From Eledone cirrhosa (taxonomy: Eukaryota), in the NCBI GenBank assembly GCA_964016885.1, contig OZ024757.1, positions 18,538,001 to 18,602,000 on the forward strand: DNA of 64,000 nt, given 5' to 3'. The position numbers were made by a program, and so were the translations under genes. The notes under the pieces are model-generated. The model was given only the letters and a program-made list of their open reading frames with translations, made no database searches and was not told the DNA's origin. Shown here piece after piece: positions 16,165 to 60,057 of this stretch. The stretch's first letter is position 1, and each line of letters starts with the position of its first letter.

Positions 16165-16540
16165 CCCCCATGAGAGATCCTGTTCCAACACTCCACCTTC
16201 CCCCATCAGAGATCCTGTTCCAACACTCCACCTTCCCCCATCAGAGATCCTGTTCCAACACTCCACCTTCCCCCGTCAGAGATCCTGTTCCAACACTCCA
16301 CCTTCCCCCATCAGAGATCCTGTTCCAACACTCCACCTTCCCCCATCAGAGATCCTGTTCCAACACTCCACCTTCCCCCATCAGAGATCCTGTTCCAACA
16401 CTCCACCTTCCCCCATCAGAGATCCTGTTCCAACACTCCACCTTCCCCCATCAGAGATCCTGTTCCAACACTCCACCTTCCCCCGTCAGAGATCCTGTTC
16501 CAACACTCCACCTTCCCCCGTCAGAGATCCTGTTCCAACA
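16165..16540. repeat. 35-bp minisatellite, about 10.5 copies
   Basis: Unit tcagagatcctgttccaacactccaccttccccca. Confidence 0.95.
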
Positions 16541-16671
16541 TGTATTCTAACTTCCATCACAGTTGTTGGTCTCACAATCAGATAACACTTCATAATTAAA
16601 TAAATTGATAATTGGACACAATACACATACATACACACATGCATACACATACATACACACACATGCATAAT

Positions 16672-16705
<34 letters not shown>

Positions 16706-16946
16706 TACATACATATATATATACACACATACATACATATATATATACACACACACATACATATATACACACACATACATACATATATATATACACACAC
16801 ATACATATATATATACACATACATATATATATATATACAGACATACATACAAATATATATATATATTTATATATATATACACATACAAATATATATGTAC
16901 TGTGCCATTTGTTTTGTTATTTTTGTTATTTGTTTACCTTTTACAT

Positions 16947-17003
<57 letters not shown>

Positions 17004-17169
17004 TGTGTGGGTGTGTATACACATACAAATACACATACATACATAGACATTTATACACACACATACATATTAATAAACATCTCTCTATATGTATGTATAT
17101 CTATCTGAATGCAAGTATGTCTGTAGATCTATATGCATGTGTGTATGTATATAGATTTATAGATCTACA

Positions 17170-17217
<48 letters not shown>

Positions 17218-17588
17218 CAGCTATCTATGTATATGTATGTATATCTATGCATCTATGTGTGTATGCATATCTATAGATCTATATATATGTATCTATGTGT
17301 GTATATATATATGTATGTATGTATATATTCATGTGTGTATATATGCATGTACGTACCTATGTATTTACATATGTATGTATATATATATGTTCCTATGTAT
17401 GTTCATAGATATGTATGTATATATGTTCCTATGTATGTACGTACGGATATATGTACATATATACGTTTGTATGTATGTATGTATACATATCTATTTTAAT
17501 AAATCATTGATATATGGCTTTTACACTACATAGTACTCAATACGTGAATATTGATTTCTCACTGAAGTCCAAATGACACAGCACATTC

Positions 17589-19670
17589 CATGAGACGGAA
17601 CGGATGATTAAATTGAACTCAATACTTTGGTTCACTGATCAACTAACTACTAAATATCCCATAAGACGGAACGGGTGATCAAATTGAACTCAGTACTTTG
17701 GTTCACTGATCAACTAACTACTAAATATCCCATGAGACGGAACAGGTGATCAAATTGAACTCAGTACTTTGGTTCACTGATCAACTAACTACTAAATATC
17801 CCATGAGACGGAACAGGTGATCAAATTGAACTCAGTACTTTGGTTCACTGATCAACTAACTACTAAATATCCCATGAGATGGAACAGGTGATCAAATTGA
17901 ACTCAGTACTTTGGTTCACTGATCAACTAACTACTAAATATCCCATGAGACGGAACCGGTGATCAAATTGAACTCAGTACTTTGGTTCACTGATCAACTA
18001 ACTACTAAATATCCCATGAGATGGAACAGGTGATCAAATTGAACTCAGTACTTTGGTTCACTGATCAACTAACTACTAAATATCCCATGAGACGGAACAG
18101 GTGATCAAATTGAACTCAGTACTTTGGTTCACTGATCAACTAACTACTAAATATCCCATGAGACGGAACAGGGGATCAAATTGAACTCAGTACTTTGGTT
18201 CACTGATCAACTAACTACTAAATATCCCATGAGATGGAACAGGTGATCAAATTGAACTCAGTATTTTGGTTCACTGATCAACTAACTACTAAATATCCCA
18301 TGAGACGGAACAGGGGATCAAATTGAACTCAGTACTTTGGTTCACTGATCAACTAACTACTAAATATCCCATGAGATGGAACAGACGATCAAATTGAACT
18401 CAGTACTTTGGTTCACTGATCAACTAACTACTAAATATCCCATGAGATGGAACAGACGATCAAATTGAACTCAGTACTTTGGTTCACTGATCAACTAACT
18501 ACTAAATATCCCATGAGACGGAACAGGTGATCAAATTGAACTCAGTACTTTGGTTCACTGATCAACTAACTACTAAATATCCCATGAGACGGAACAGGTG
18601 ATCAAATTGAACTCAGTACTTTGGTTCACTGATCAACTAACTACTAAATATCCCATGAGATGGAACAGACGATCAAATTGAACTCAGTACTTTGGTTCAC
18701 TGAGCAACTAACTACTAAATATCCCATGAGACGGAACAGGTGATCAAATTGAACTCAGTACTTTGGTTCACTGATCAACTAACTACTAAATATCCCATGA
18801 GACGGAACAGGTGATCAAATTGAACTCAGTACTTTGGTTCACTGATCAACTAACTACTAAATATCCCATGAGATGGAACAGGTGATCAAATTGAACTCAG
18901 TACTTTGGTTCACTGATCAACTAACTACTAAATATCCCATGAGACGGAACAGGGGATCAAATTGAACTCAGTACTTTGGTTCACTGATCAACTAACTATT
19001 AAATATCCCATGAGACGGAACAGGGGATCAAATTGAACTCAGTACTTTGGTTCACTGATCAACTAACTACTAAATATCCCATGAGATGGAACAGGTGATC
19101 AAATTGAACTCAGTATTTTGGTTCACTGATCAACTAACTACTAAATATCCCATGAGACGGAACAGGGGATCAAATTGAACTCAGTACTTTGGTTCACTGA
19201 TCAACTAACTACTAAATATCCCATGAGATGGAACAGACGATCAAATTGAACTCAGTACTTTGGTTCACTGATCAACTAACTACTAAATATCCCATGAGAT
19301 GGAACAGACGATCAAATTGAACTCGGTACTTTGGTTCACTGATCAACTAACTACTAAATATCCCATGAGACGGAACAGGTGATCAAATTGAACTCAGTAC
19401 TTTGGTTCACTGATCAACTAACTACTAAATATCCCATGAGATGGAACAGACGATCAAATTGAACTCAGTACTTTGGTTCACTGAGCAACTAACTACTAAA
19501 TATCCCATGAGACGGAACAGGTGATCAAATTGAACTCAGTACTTTGGTTCATTGATCAACTAACTACTAAATATCCCATGAGATTGAACTCAGTACTTTG
19601 GTTCACTGCTCAACTCACTACTAAATATCCTATGAGACGGAACTGATGATCAAATTGAACTCAGTACTTT
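17589..19670. repeat. 71-bp minisatellite, about 29-30 copies
   Basis: Unit catgagacggaacaggtgatcaaattgaactcagtactttggttcactgatcaactaactactaaatatcc. Confidence 0.97.
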
Positions 19671-19944
19671 CCTGATCTGAGGAATAAACAAGTAAAACAT
19701 GGTCACTTCTAAAAGTATATTATGTTAATAGCCTGCTACGAAGCTATCATAGACAATGTAATCTAAACAAGGCTTAAGTTGTTAAAATATGGTATTTACC
19801 ATATGTATAGTGATGTGTATAGGTGAAGGGAGAAAGAAAAGAAAGAATCACCTAGCTGCCACTCATACACACCACTTCCATTTATAGAGCCATTGTTCTT
19901 CCATCTCTTACTGTGACTCGAAGCCGAGTGAATGCACTTCATTC

Positions 19945-20029
<85 letters not shown>

Positions 20030-20385
20030 TCTCCCTCTCTCTCTCTCCTGTCTGTCTGCCTATCAATTTAATCGTTTCTCCCACAAACATTATACCAACA
20101 GAGATATTTCTTTCTCCGTTGTTACAAGCTGTCTCTTACATGATCCTTTTAGTTAAATCATTGAAACCACAAGCGGTCTAAAAGCTGATGAGAATATTTA
20201 ATGTTTGTGAGATCCCCTTTCATCTATTTTATCCCTTTCTCATTTCTTCCTATCACTTCTACGAGCCAGCACACTTCTAGCCACTGATTTCTATCCTTTG
20301 AGGTAAATTTTACCTGAAGGCCACCATTGACAAAATTTTGCTGTTTTAACAGCTTCATTGCGTTGAGTTCTTCCAACTACTCTAC

Positions 20386-20429
<44 letters not shown>

Positions 20430-21377
20430 CGTTTTTGAATTTGTTTTGCGAGATTTCTTATCTGAAAACGTGAAACAGGAAAACATAACGTTGGTTCCTG
20501 ATGACATTCTCTGGTGATGGACGAAAAATATGCGACGATAATTACATTCTTGCTGTGAAAAAGTCAGGAGACTAATATTCTATTTAGAACAGCTACATGA
20601 TTTCCAGCTACCAAGTTTGAAAATGGTGTTAATAAAATGATTAAACAAAAACACTGAAGGTATTAATAATAGTAAAAGTAATAATAATAATTGTTTCTAC
20701 GTTAGGAACAAGGCCAGCAATTACCCAGTGCATTACTGGTACTTTATTTTCTCGACCCCGTAAGGATGAAAGGAAAAGTTAGCCTCGGCGTGAGTAGAAC
20801 TCAGACCGTAAATGGACGTAACTCTATGCGTCAAAGCATGGCGTCCGACCCTCTCCCGATACTGCCAATCCACCAAAAATAGCTGTAATACAAAGACAAC
20901 ATATGGAGTATAGAGTGTATATATGAAGTATAGAGGCAAAGTTAACCTCGGCGGGATTTGAACTCAGAATGGCAATAATAATAATGATGAGAACAATCCT
21001 TATTGAGCCCTCTTCGGATTGTGGTCTTCATAATTATTATTACTATATATATATATACAGCGATATTCAAAACAACAAACAGCGGAGGACGCGTTTCGCA
21101 CCTTTCCGACAGACAACCTTTCCCCCACCCCGGAAAAAAACCCCAGTTGATGGATGTGAATCCGAAATATATAGGGACAATTAAATCTCTCCCAAGGTAA
21201 CTCTCTCTCGTGTTCTTATTTTTATTTTATCCTTTATACTCTTTCCTTCATTCTTCTACACGTCTTATACACACCACGCATCTCAACGTACACCCACTTA
21301 CATCTCTCTCTCCACCACCGGATCTTGTTTCCCGGAGATTTACCCATTTGCATTGTCGAGGCTTCCAAACGACTTAA

Positions 21378-21441
<64 letters not shown>

Positions 21442-22374
21442 CAACTACTTATCGCTCTACGTGGCTGAATACAATAAATGTAATCTGAGTTTTTCGAATA
21501 TTAATAATGATATTCGATTCGCTTGCAATTATGCAAACACCCTCTTTTATAAGCCATATTATTACTTTTGTGTTGGCATGCAAATAGAACTGCAGACACT
21601 CATGTTTCTGGGTGATTACCCTTCGTCATATATATATATACATATATCTATCTAGAGCGGGTAAAATTCCCGAGATCCATGGACGAGTTCTCTCCAGCTG
21701 TCTCTGTCCCTCATTATCGCTGCCATGTCCTGCGTCTCCAACAGACCAGTGTCTGTCCTTAGGGAATCAACATACGTTAACCTCGGTCTTCCTCTTCTAG
21801 TGTGTCCATGCAGGGGCTCCGACAGGAGCACTGAGTGCAGTGTCAACTCTGGATGTCGATGAGCATGTCCAGCTAACCTCAGTCTCCTCTGTGTCACTTT
21901 TTCGAGCATTTCACATTATATACATGTCTGTCATCATTCATCATCATCATTTAATTTTACGTCCGCTTTTTCCCTGCTTGCAAGGGTGGGACAGGAACTG
22001 ATGCTGGCTTGATTTCTACAGCTGGATACCCTTCCTAACACCAACCTCATTTACAGTGAGTGCTGGGTGCTTTTTTGACGTGGCACCTCCACGACCACTT
22101 TGCAGTGGAATGATAGGGACCCCAGTCCCTATCATCTCATTTCTACAGCTGAGTAAACTGGAGCAATGTGAAATAAAGTGTCTTGCTCATGGAAACAACA
22201 CATCACCCGGTCTGAGAATTGAACTCACAACCTTTCGATTGCAAGGCCAATGCTCTAACCATTAAGCTATGTGTCTCCATGTGTATATTTTAATTATTAA
22301 AAAATTATTTTTAAGTGAACATGATTTTTTAAAACTATTTTTAAGTGAACGTGCTCCACTGGGTCACAGGTAGT

Positions 22375-22458
<84 letters not shown>

Positions 22459-22552
22459 GTTAGGTAATTCCAAAGAAAAAGCAAAGGAAAAAAGAGTGCC
22501 CTGTGTATAGAACAGAGTTATTTAATTAGAAACCTTTGGTACTGGAGTAGTT

Positions 22553-22885
22553 ATAATAATAATGAAATTATTGTGTAAAGTGCTCAGGTGCACTACAACT
22601 CGTCAATATAGTACATAGAATAATACACAAATGTCAGGGAAGTACATGTGTGTATGTGTTAGCTGTAGTGTTGGCGGATCTCGGGAAGCATGGAGGCCTT
22701 AAAGGATGCAGTGTCTCGACAGCTAACGACTGATGCAGGTAGTTTGTTCCATGCTTCAGCAACTCTGAGCGTGAAAAAATGTTTGGGAACTGTGCTGTTT
22801 TCTTACTTTGTGGGCATGTCCACGTGTGTTAGACACATGGAAATCAAAAAGGTACTCAGGGTTGTTGTTGGCAACATCGTTAATT
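22553..22885 (-). mobile_element. CR1/L2-type LINE 3' end with (ATT)n tail
   Basis: Minus strand HFFTLRVAEAWNKLPASVVSCRDTASFK. Confidence 0.75.
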
Positions 22886-22916
22886 ATATATTTTGTGTTG
22901 TTCACTTCCTAATTAA

Positions 22917-23024
<108 letters not shown>

Positions 23025-23029
23025 TTATT

Positions 23030-23260
23030 GCTGCTTTTTGTCAGAAGAGTGCCATCTCTTCATTGAACATTGCATAAGGTTGTCTTTGAAGACACCCTTA
23101 AAACGCTTTTTTGGTTTATACTGTGGCCTTTTTGCTCTGGTCATCTCTCCATAAAATAACTGTTTAAGCAGCCTTCCGTCCTGACCACATGACCAGACCA
23201 ACGCATCTGACTCATAATAATCCTTCTATCGATACTGGGGCTATCTCCTTCCTCAGTACA
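23030..23260 (-). mobile_element. RTE/BovB-like LINE fragment, degenerate
   Basis: Minus strand reads QMRWSGHVVRTEG.LKQLF.GEMTRAKRPQYKPKKRF. Confidence 0.65.
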
Positions 23261-23513
23261 ACGAAAACACAAACACATATACTTCATGAATGTATATAAT
23301 AATTCTAGGACAAACGAAACACTCTGGTAGTGGTTCGTTTGTCCACCCTTTTTGCCTCCCTTTTGTTCTATATGGTCCTAGATGTATGTATTACCTGCTT
23401 TGTATATATTATATGTGCTTGTGTTTTCCTTCTGTAATTGTAATATTTTTATACAACTGTGAATAAAAGATTTTCATAATATATATATACACACACACAC
23501 ACACATATATATA

Positions 23514-23552
<39 letters not shown>

Positions 23553-23639
23553 TTTATATATAATCCTTTTCGTAATCAGTTTATTGTAATCAGTTGTAAC
23601 AGTAAATGGAGGCTGAATCATCACATACTTTTATTTCAG

Positions 23640-23670
23640 ACGATTTCCGGAAATTGACGTCTTTCGTCGT
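23640..23670 (+). promoter_or_regulatory. Putative core promoter of the IQCM-like gene (ETS/STAT-like palindrome TTTCCGGAAA plus CRE-like TGACGT)
   Basis: gatttccggaaattgacgtc about 35-50 bp upstream of the ATG, in a locally CpG-rich patch. Confidence 0.4.
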
Positions 23671-23690
23671 TACATCCTTTACCAAACATC

Positions 23691-54365
<30,675 letters not shown>

Positions 54366-54559
54366 CATATTATCAAGATATAATTCTTGTTTATTACAAG
54401 AACTTTTTGTCTTGTCTTTAGTTATATTTACCTTTCAATATATTTATTTGTCTATAAGTGCCAAAAATATATAATAGACAATATTATGTGTTCAAATCAT
54501 AAGGGACCAGATTCGATTCGATTTGAACACATAAATGTATATATCTGTGTTTATCTTTC

Positions 54560-54884
54560 TTTTATATTCAATTATATATTATATATTCAATTTTATATTC
54601 AATTATATATTATATATTCAATTTTATATTCAATTATATATTATATATTCAATTTTATATTCAATTATATATTATATATTCAATTTTATATTCAATTATA
54701 TATTATATATTCAATTTTATATTCAATTATATATTATATATTCAATTTTATATTCAATTATATATTATATATTCAATTTTATATTCAATTATATATTATA
54801 TATTCAATTTTATATTCAATTATATATTATATATTCAATTTTATATTCAATTATATATTATATATTCAATTTTATATTCAATAT
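54560..54884. repeat. 31-bp AT-rich minisatellite, about 10 copies
   Basis: Unit tatattcaattatatattatatattcaattt. Confidence 0.95.
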
Positions 54885-57033
54885 ACGGCTCGGAAAAATC
54901 TCTTTCCTAGAGCTATTTTATTGTAAGAGACTATTTTGAGTTTCTAACTCAATATATACCTTTGATAATAAACAATATTATACATTATATACAACTCAGC
55001 CTTTCATTCATTCGAGGTTGATAAAATAAATACCAGTCATATACTGGTTTGATTCTTCCTCTATATCTCTTTCTCACTTAATCTCTCTCACACTCTCTTT
55101 CTCTGGAAGAAATCTGCTGTATTTAAACCTTGAGAGAAGATAGACTTCGACAGGTTTTTAAATGCCCTAAACATAGCTGTATGTCAATATGGAGCCCCTA
55201 CGACTCCCTCGAGTGTTAGGGCTCCATACCACACCATACAATATTTTGTATAATTCAAGATTAAAGACAATTGCACAAAATCTTCATATTATTCAAAGAA
55301 GCAAAGTTACATATCATTGCTTAAGTAGCAAATTGGCAGAGTCGTTACGGTGGCAGATAGAAAGCATCACATCAAATTTTTTGCATTCTGAGTTAGCTTT
55401 GCCTTTCATCCTTACGGGGTCGATAAAATAAAGTACCAGTCATGCACTGGGGTCGATTTAATCGACTTCCACCTCCCCCCAAATTGCTGGTCTTGTGCCT
55501 ATATAAGAAACCATTATATACAATATGTTGTATACTTTAAAGAAGCAAGTTAATGGCGGTGGTGGTGGTGGTGGTGATGACAGTGGTGGTGGTGATGACA
55601 GTGGTGGTGGTGATGACAGTGGTGGTGATGATGGTAGTGGTGATGGTAGTGAGGGTGGTGATGGTAGTGAGGGTGGTGATGGTGGTGATGGTGGTGAGGG
55701 TGGTGATGTTAGTGATGGTGGTGATGGTAGTGATGGTGGTGATGGTAGTGATGGTCGTTAAGGTGGCAGATAGAAAGCATCACATCAAATTTTTGCATTC
55801 TGAGTTACAATCCCGCCGAGGCTAGCTTTACCTTTCATCCTTACATAAATGATAAAATAAAGTACCAGTAATACACTGGAGACTGTTTAATCGACTTTTC
55901 TATCCCACAAAATTGTTGGCTTTTTGTCTAAATCGGAAACCATTATATACAATATGTTGTATACTTTAAAGAAGCCAGTTAAATTGTATGTAGTTGTTTG
56001 GGTGACACATTGGCGGAGTTGTTAAGATGGAAGATAGAATGAATTGCACCAAATTTCCATGTTCTCGGTTCAAATCCCTCTGAAGCCAATCTTGTCTTAT
56101 ACTTTTGTGTCAGATAATATAGTACCATTAAAATACTGGGGGCTGAGTCTTCTCTCTTGCTTGCTTTCTCTCTGGAAGAAAGTGATGGTGGTTGAAAGGA
56201 ACCGGTTGTGGTCAGAAAAAACCAGAGGTGGTTGGAAGAAGCCACTCATGGTTGGAAAAAAACCACCAACACCACTACTACCACCACCACCACTACTACC
56301 ACCACCACCACCAACAGCATCCCTACTACCACCACCACCAACAACAACAGCACCACTACCACCACCAACAACAACAGCACCACCACCACCACCAACAACC
56401 ACAGCACCACTACCACCACCTCCAACAACAACACCACTACCAACAACAACAACAACACCACTACCACCAACAACAACACCACTACCACCAACAACAACAG
56501 CACCACCACCACCAACATAACAACAACACCACTACCACCACCACTAACAACACCACTACCACCAACAACAGCACCACCACCAACACCGCCACCAACAACA
56601 TACCACCACCACCAACAACAACACCAACAGCACCACCACCAACAACACCACCACCAACAACACCACTACCACCAACAACAGCACCACCACCAACACCGCC
56701 ACCACCAACACCACCACCAACAACATACCACCACCACCAACAACATACCACCACCACCAACACCACTACTACCACCACCAACAACAACAACACCAACAGC
56801 ACCACCACCAACAACACCACTACCACCAACAACAGCACCACCACCAACACCGCCACCACCACCACCACCAACACCACTACTACCACCACCAACAACAACA
56901 ACACCAACAGCACCACCACCAACAACAGGACCACCACCAACACCGCCACCACCAACAACATACCACCACCACCAACAACACTACCACTACCACCAACAAC
57001 ACCACTACCACCACCAACAGCACCACTACCACA

Positions 57034-58335
57034 CCCTCATATTAAGGGTTCAGACTTCTCTGCAGCCGACAACCTCTCTCGTGCATAGTTAAGTGCACTG
57101 CGCATCTCTGCTCCTATCACCTTCCAAGATTTGCCGCTGCCCAACAGATGGACGAGGAACTCCTCCAGCTCCGAAATTCTCCATCTTCTTCCTTCTCTTT
57201 CAAACTCTTTCCTCTACCTTTTTCTCTTGGTTGTATTTACTGTGATATATCTACGGGTCATGATGAACGCACTTACATACCTCAAACATAGACACTTCTT
57301 TTTTTTTCTGCTCTGTCCAATCTATCACACCCTGGTGCCAACTCCACCCTAAAGTTAATAACATCTCGGTTTTTCTGGGTTGGTGTGAACAAGGATGTCA
57401 GAGAATGGGCTAGGCACTGTGTCTAGTGTCAGAATGCAACAACTCATCATTATTGCCAGAACTCCTCTGGGAACCTTCACAAAAGCAGATGCATGTTTCC
57501 AACATGTACACATTCTCGGACTACTGCCTCCTTTTCAGGGTTCCACTCACCTTTTGACCTGTGTAGACAGATTCTCCCGGTGGCCTGAAGCCATTCCCCT
57601 GCCTGATACCACAGCCAAAACTATTGCTAAGACTCTGGTCCACCATTGGATTTCACGTTATGGCACACCTTCTACCATCACAACAGACAGAAGACTCCAG
57701 TTCAAATCAAACCTTTTTAACAAATTAACACACATCCTAGGTTGTAACTGAACCCATACAACAGCTTATCACCCTGCAGCTAACGGTATATTGAAATATT
57801 TCCATTGGCAATTAAAATCTACTCTCAGAGCCTATATCAACAACAGCAACTGGTTGGAAATCTTATCCCTTATCCTTTTATTGAATTCACTCCACTGTAA
57901 AAAAAGGACTTGGTTTTACACCAGCTGATTTATGGTATGACATTGGTATTACCCGGACAAATGATTGCCCCTGAGTCTCAACACCCCGCAGATCCAATGA
58001 ACCACATCCATCGTCCCTCGCCTTGACCTCTATGTCAGACCTGCCATCCATTGTCCCTCGCCTTCAAAGTATCACTATTCAAGTTCCATTTGACATACAG
58101 CAATGGACATGTTTTTATCAGAAGGGACACTATCGGAGCTCCTTTGCGACCACCATACTCTAAGCCCCACCAAGTACTCAAAAGGAGACCCCAAGCATTT
58201 CATTTTGGAGATTAATGGAAACAGGGATGTTGTCAAATCAACCGACAAAAAATAGCCCACGTGGATATGAAAGCACCCTCACCATCAGACCAAGTTAACC
58301 CAACATCAGCACTCCCATCCACTGGTAATCCTAAC
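57034..58335 (+). mobile_element. Gypsy/Ty3 pol remnant (RNase H end plus integrase), degenerate
   Basis: HIKG...AADNLSR, HHPG, LTCVDRFSRWPEAIP, WISRYGTPSTITTD, TTAYHPAANG. Confidence 0.85.
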
Positions 58336-59253
58336 TCTATACTAACAAGTTCCAGATGCAATTGATGGGCGCACTGGCCATCTCTCTATGTCCAACATTC
58401 CTCATCACATCTATAATTTGTCTATTTTTATTGTATTTCATATTTATTTCATAAATAACATTACAAATCGTTTGCAATTCCTTCAGAATGAAAATATAAA
58501 CAGAGCATATAAATAAATTTACAGTGGAATAACATAACAAATATGTTTTAAATATATACATAAATAACATTACAAATGCTTCGATAACATCATAAATAGC
58601 TCGCGATTCATTCAGAAAGATATATTCTTTTAATGGTACAATATTAAAGAAAATATAAAGGAAGGGGTGAACAACGGAGCCAACACCAATGGAAAAGACA
58701 GCAACGTCGCGAGGAGTACTGGGCAACCTCTCTAATCATCTTGTGGTCATTATAAATAGGCTGGCGTGTGGCCCCAGCATCACTCAGTTCACAGTCTTTT
58801 CACCTGTACAACACACTTTGTCCATATAATGGTTTACTGCTACATCTGCTTGCTTCACACTGCTGACTACCATTTGTCAGTTTTCATTTAAGGGAACATC
58901 CCATGGTAAATAAAAGCCTCATGCATAACGCAGAAAACTTATTGAACACTACATTTGTGAACACTATAATTAAACATTGTATTTACGATTTTTTTTTACA
59001 TTTTATTGAGGTAAAGTAAAGATATATATTAAACCTGAATTTTTGGTATTTCTCGTATTTGTCATTTCATCCATAACAAATAGATTTCACTTCATATATA
59101 TATGTGTGTGTGTGTGTATATATATAGATATATATAGAGATAGATATAGATATATATATATAGATAGATATAGATATATATATATACGTTATTCCGGCGT
59201 GAATTGGAGGTAACCACAGTAAGTAAGGTACTCAATACATAGCAGAGTATAAA

Positions 59254-59377
59254 AGTTTTAATATAGATGAGATTCTACAGGACTAGAACTGTTTCATTCT
59301 TTAGAAATCATCAGGAATCTCTGATGATTTCTAAAGAATGAAACAGTTCTAGTCTTGTAGAATCTCAACTATATTAA

Positions 59378-59381
<4 letters not shown>
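59254..59381. repeat. Fold-back inverted repeat (about 60-bp arms) centred on a hammerhead
   Basis: agttttaatatag...atcatcag-gaatct-ctgatgat...ctatattaaaact, then (TA)n. Confidence 0.9.
59270..59320 (-). ncRNA. Type I hammerhead ribozyme in a fold-back element
   Basis: Minus strand: agattc CTGATGA tttc-taaa-gaat GAAA cag..ctg TA gaatct (GUA site). A truncated inverted copy lies at 59321-59365 (+). Confidence 0.8.
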
Positions 59382-59415
<34 letters not shown>

Positions 59416-60057
59416 CATCTCGGATGTTGTTTTTCGTTATTTCATAGGCCAAAGTACGATTCTCGATAATTTATATTTGATATATATATATATAGATAAA
59501 GATATATATATATAGAGAGATATATATATATAGATATATAGATATATATATATCTATCTATCTATCTAAGGCGGGTAAAATTCCCGAGATCCATGGACGA
59601 GTGCTCTCCAGCGGTCTCTGTCCCTCATTATCGCTGCCATATCCTGCATCTCCAACAGACCAGTGTCTGTCCTTAGGGCATCAACATATGTTAACCTTGG
59701 TCTTCCTCTTCTAGTGTGTCCATGTAGGGGCTCCCAAAGGAGCACTGAGTGCAATGTCAACTCTGGATGTCGGTGAGCATGTCCAGCCAACCTCAGTCTT
59801 CTCTGTGTCACTTTTGAGCTGATTAGATATATATAGATGAGATATATATAGATTAGATATATATAGATATATAGATAGATATAGATATATATATAGATAT
59901 ATAGATATATATATATAGATATATATAGATATATATATAAATATATATATATAGATATATATATAAATATATATATATAGATATATATATAAATATATAT
60001 ATAGATATAGATATATATATATAGGTATATATAGATATATAGGTATATATAGATATA

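Noticed and set aside
17589-19670. CRISPR array
   Set aside because: Units are contiguous near-identical 71-mers with only point variants and no unique spacers; no cas genes; eukaryotic context.
19852-19945. Minus-strand exon (MKCIHSASSHSKRW...)
   Set aside because: The acceptor would follow a purine (GA)n tract; no partner exons or recognisable homology.
20495-20535. CTGATGA..GAAA hammerhead
   Set aside because: Stems I and III cannot be formed; at best a decayed copy.
56044-57092. Pro/Thr/His-rich ORFs
   Set aside because: (CAC/CAA)n low-complexity tract open in all frames.
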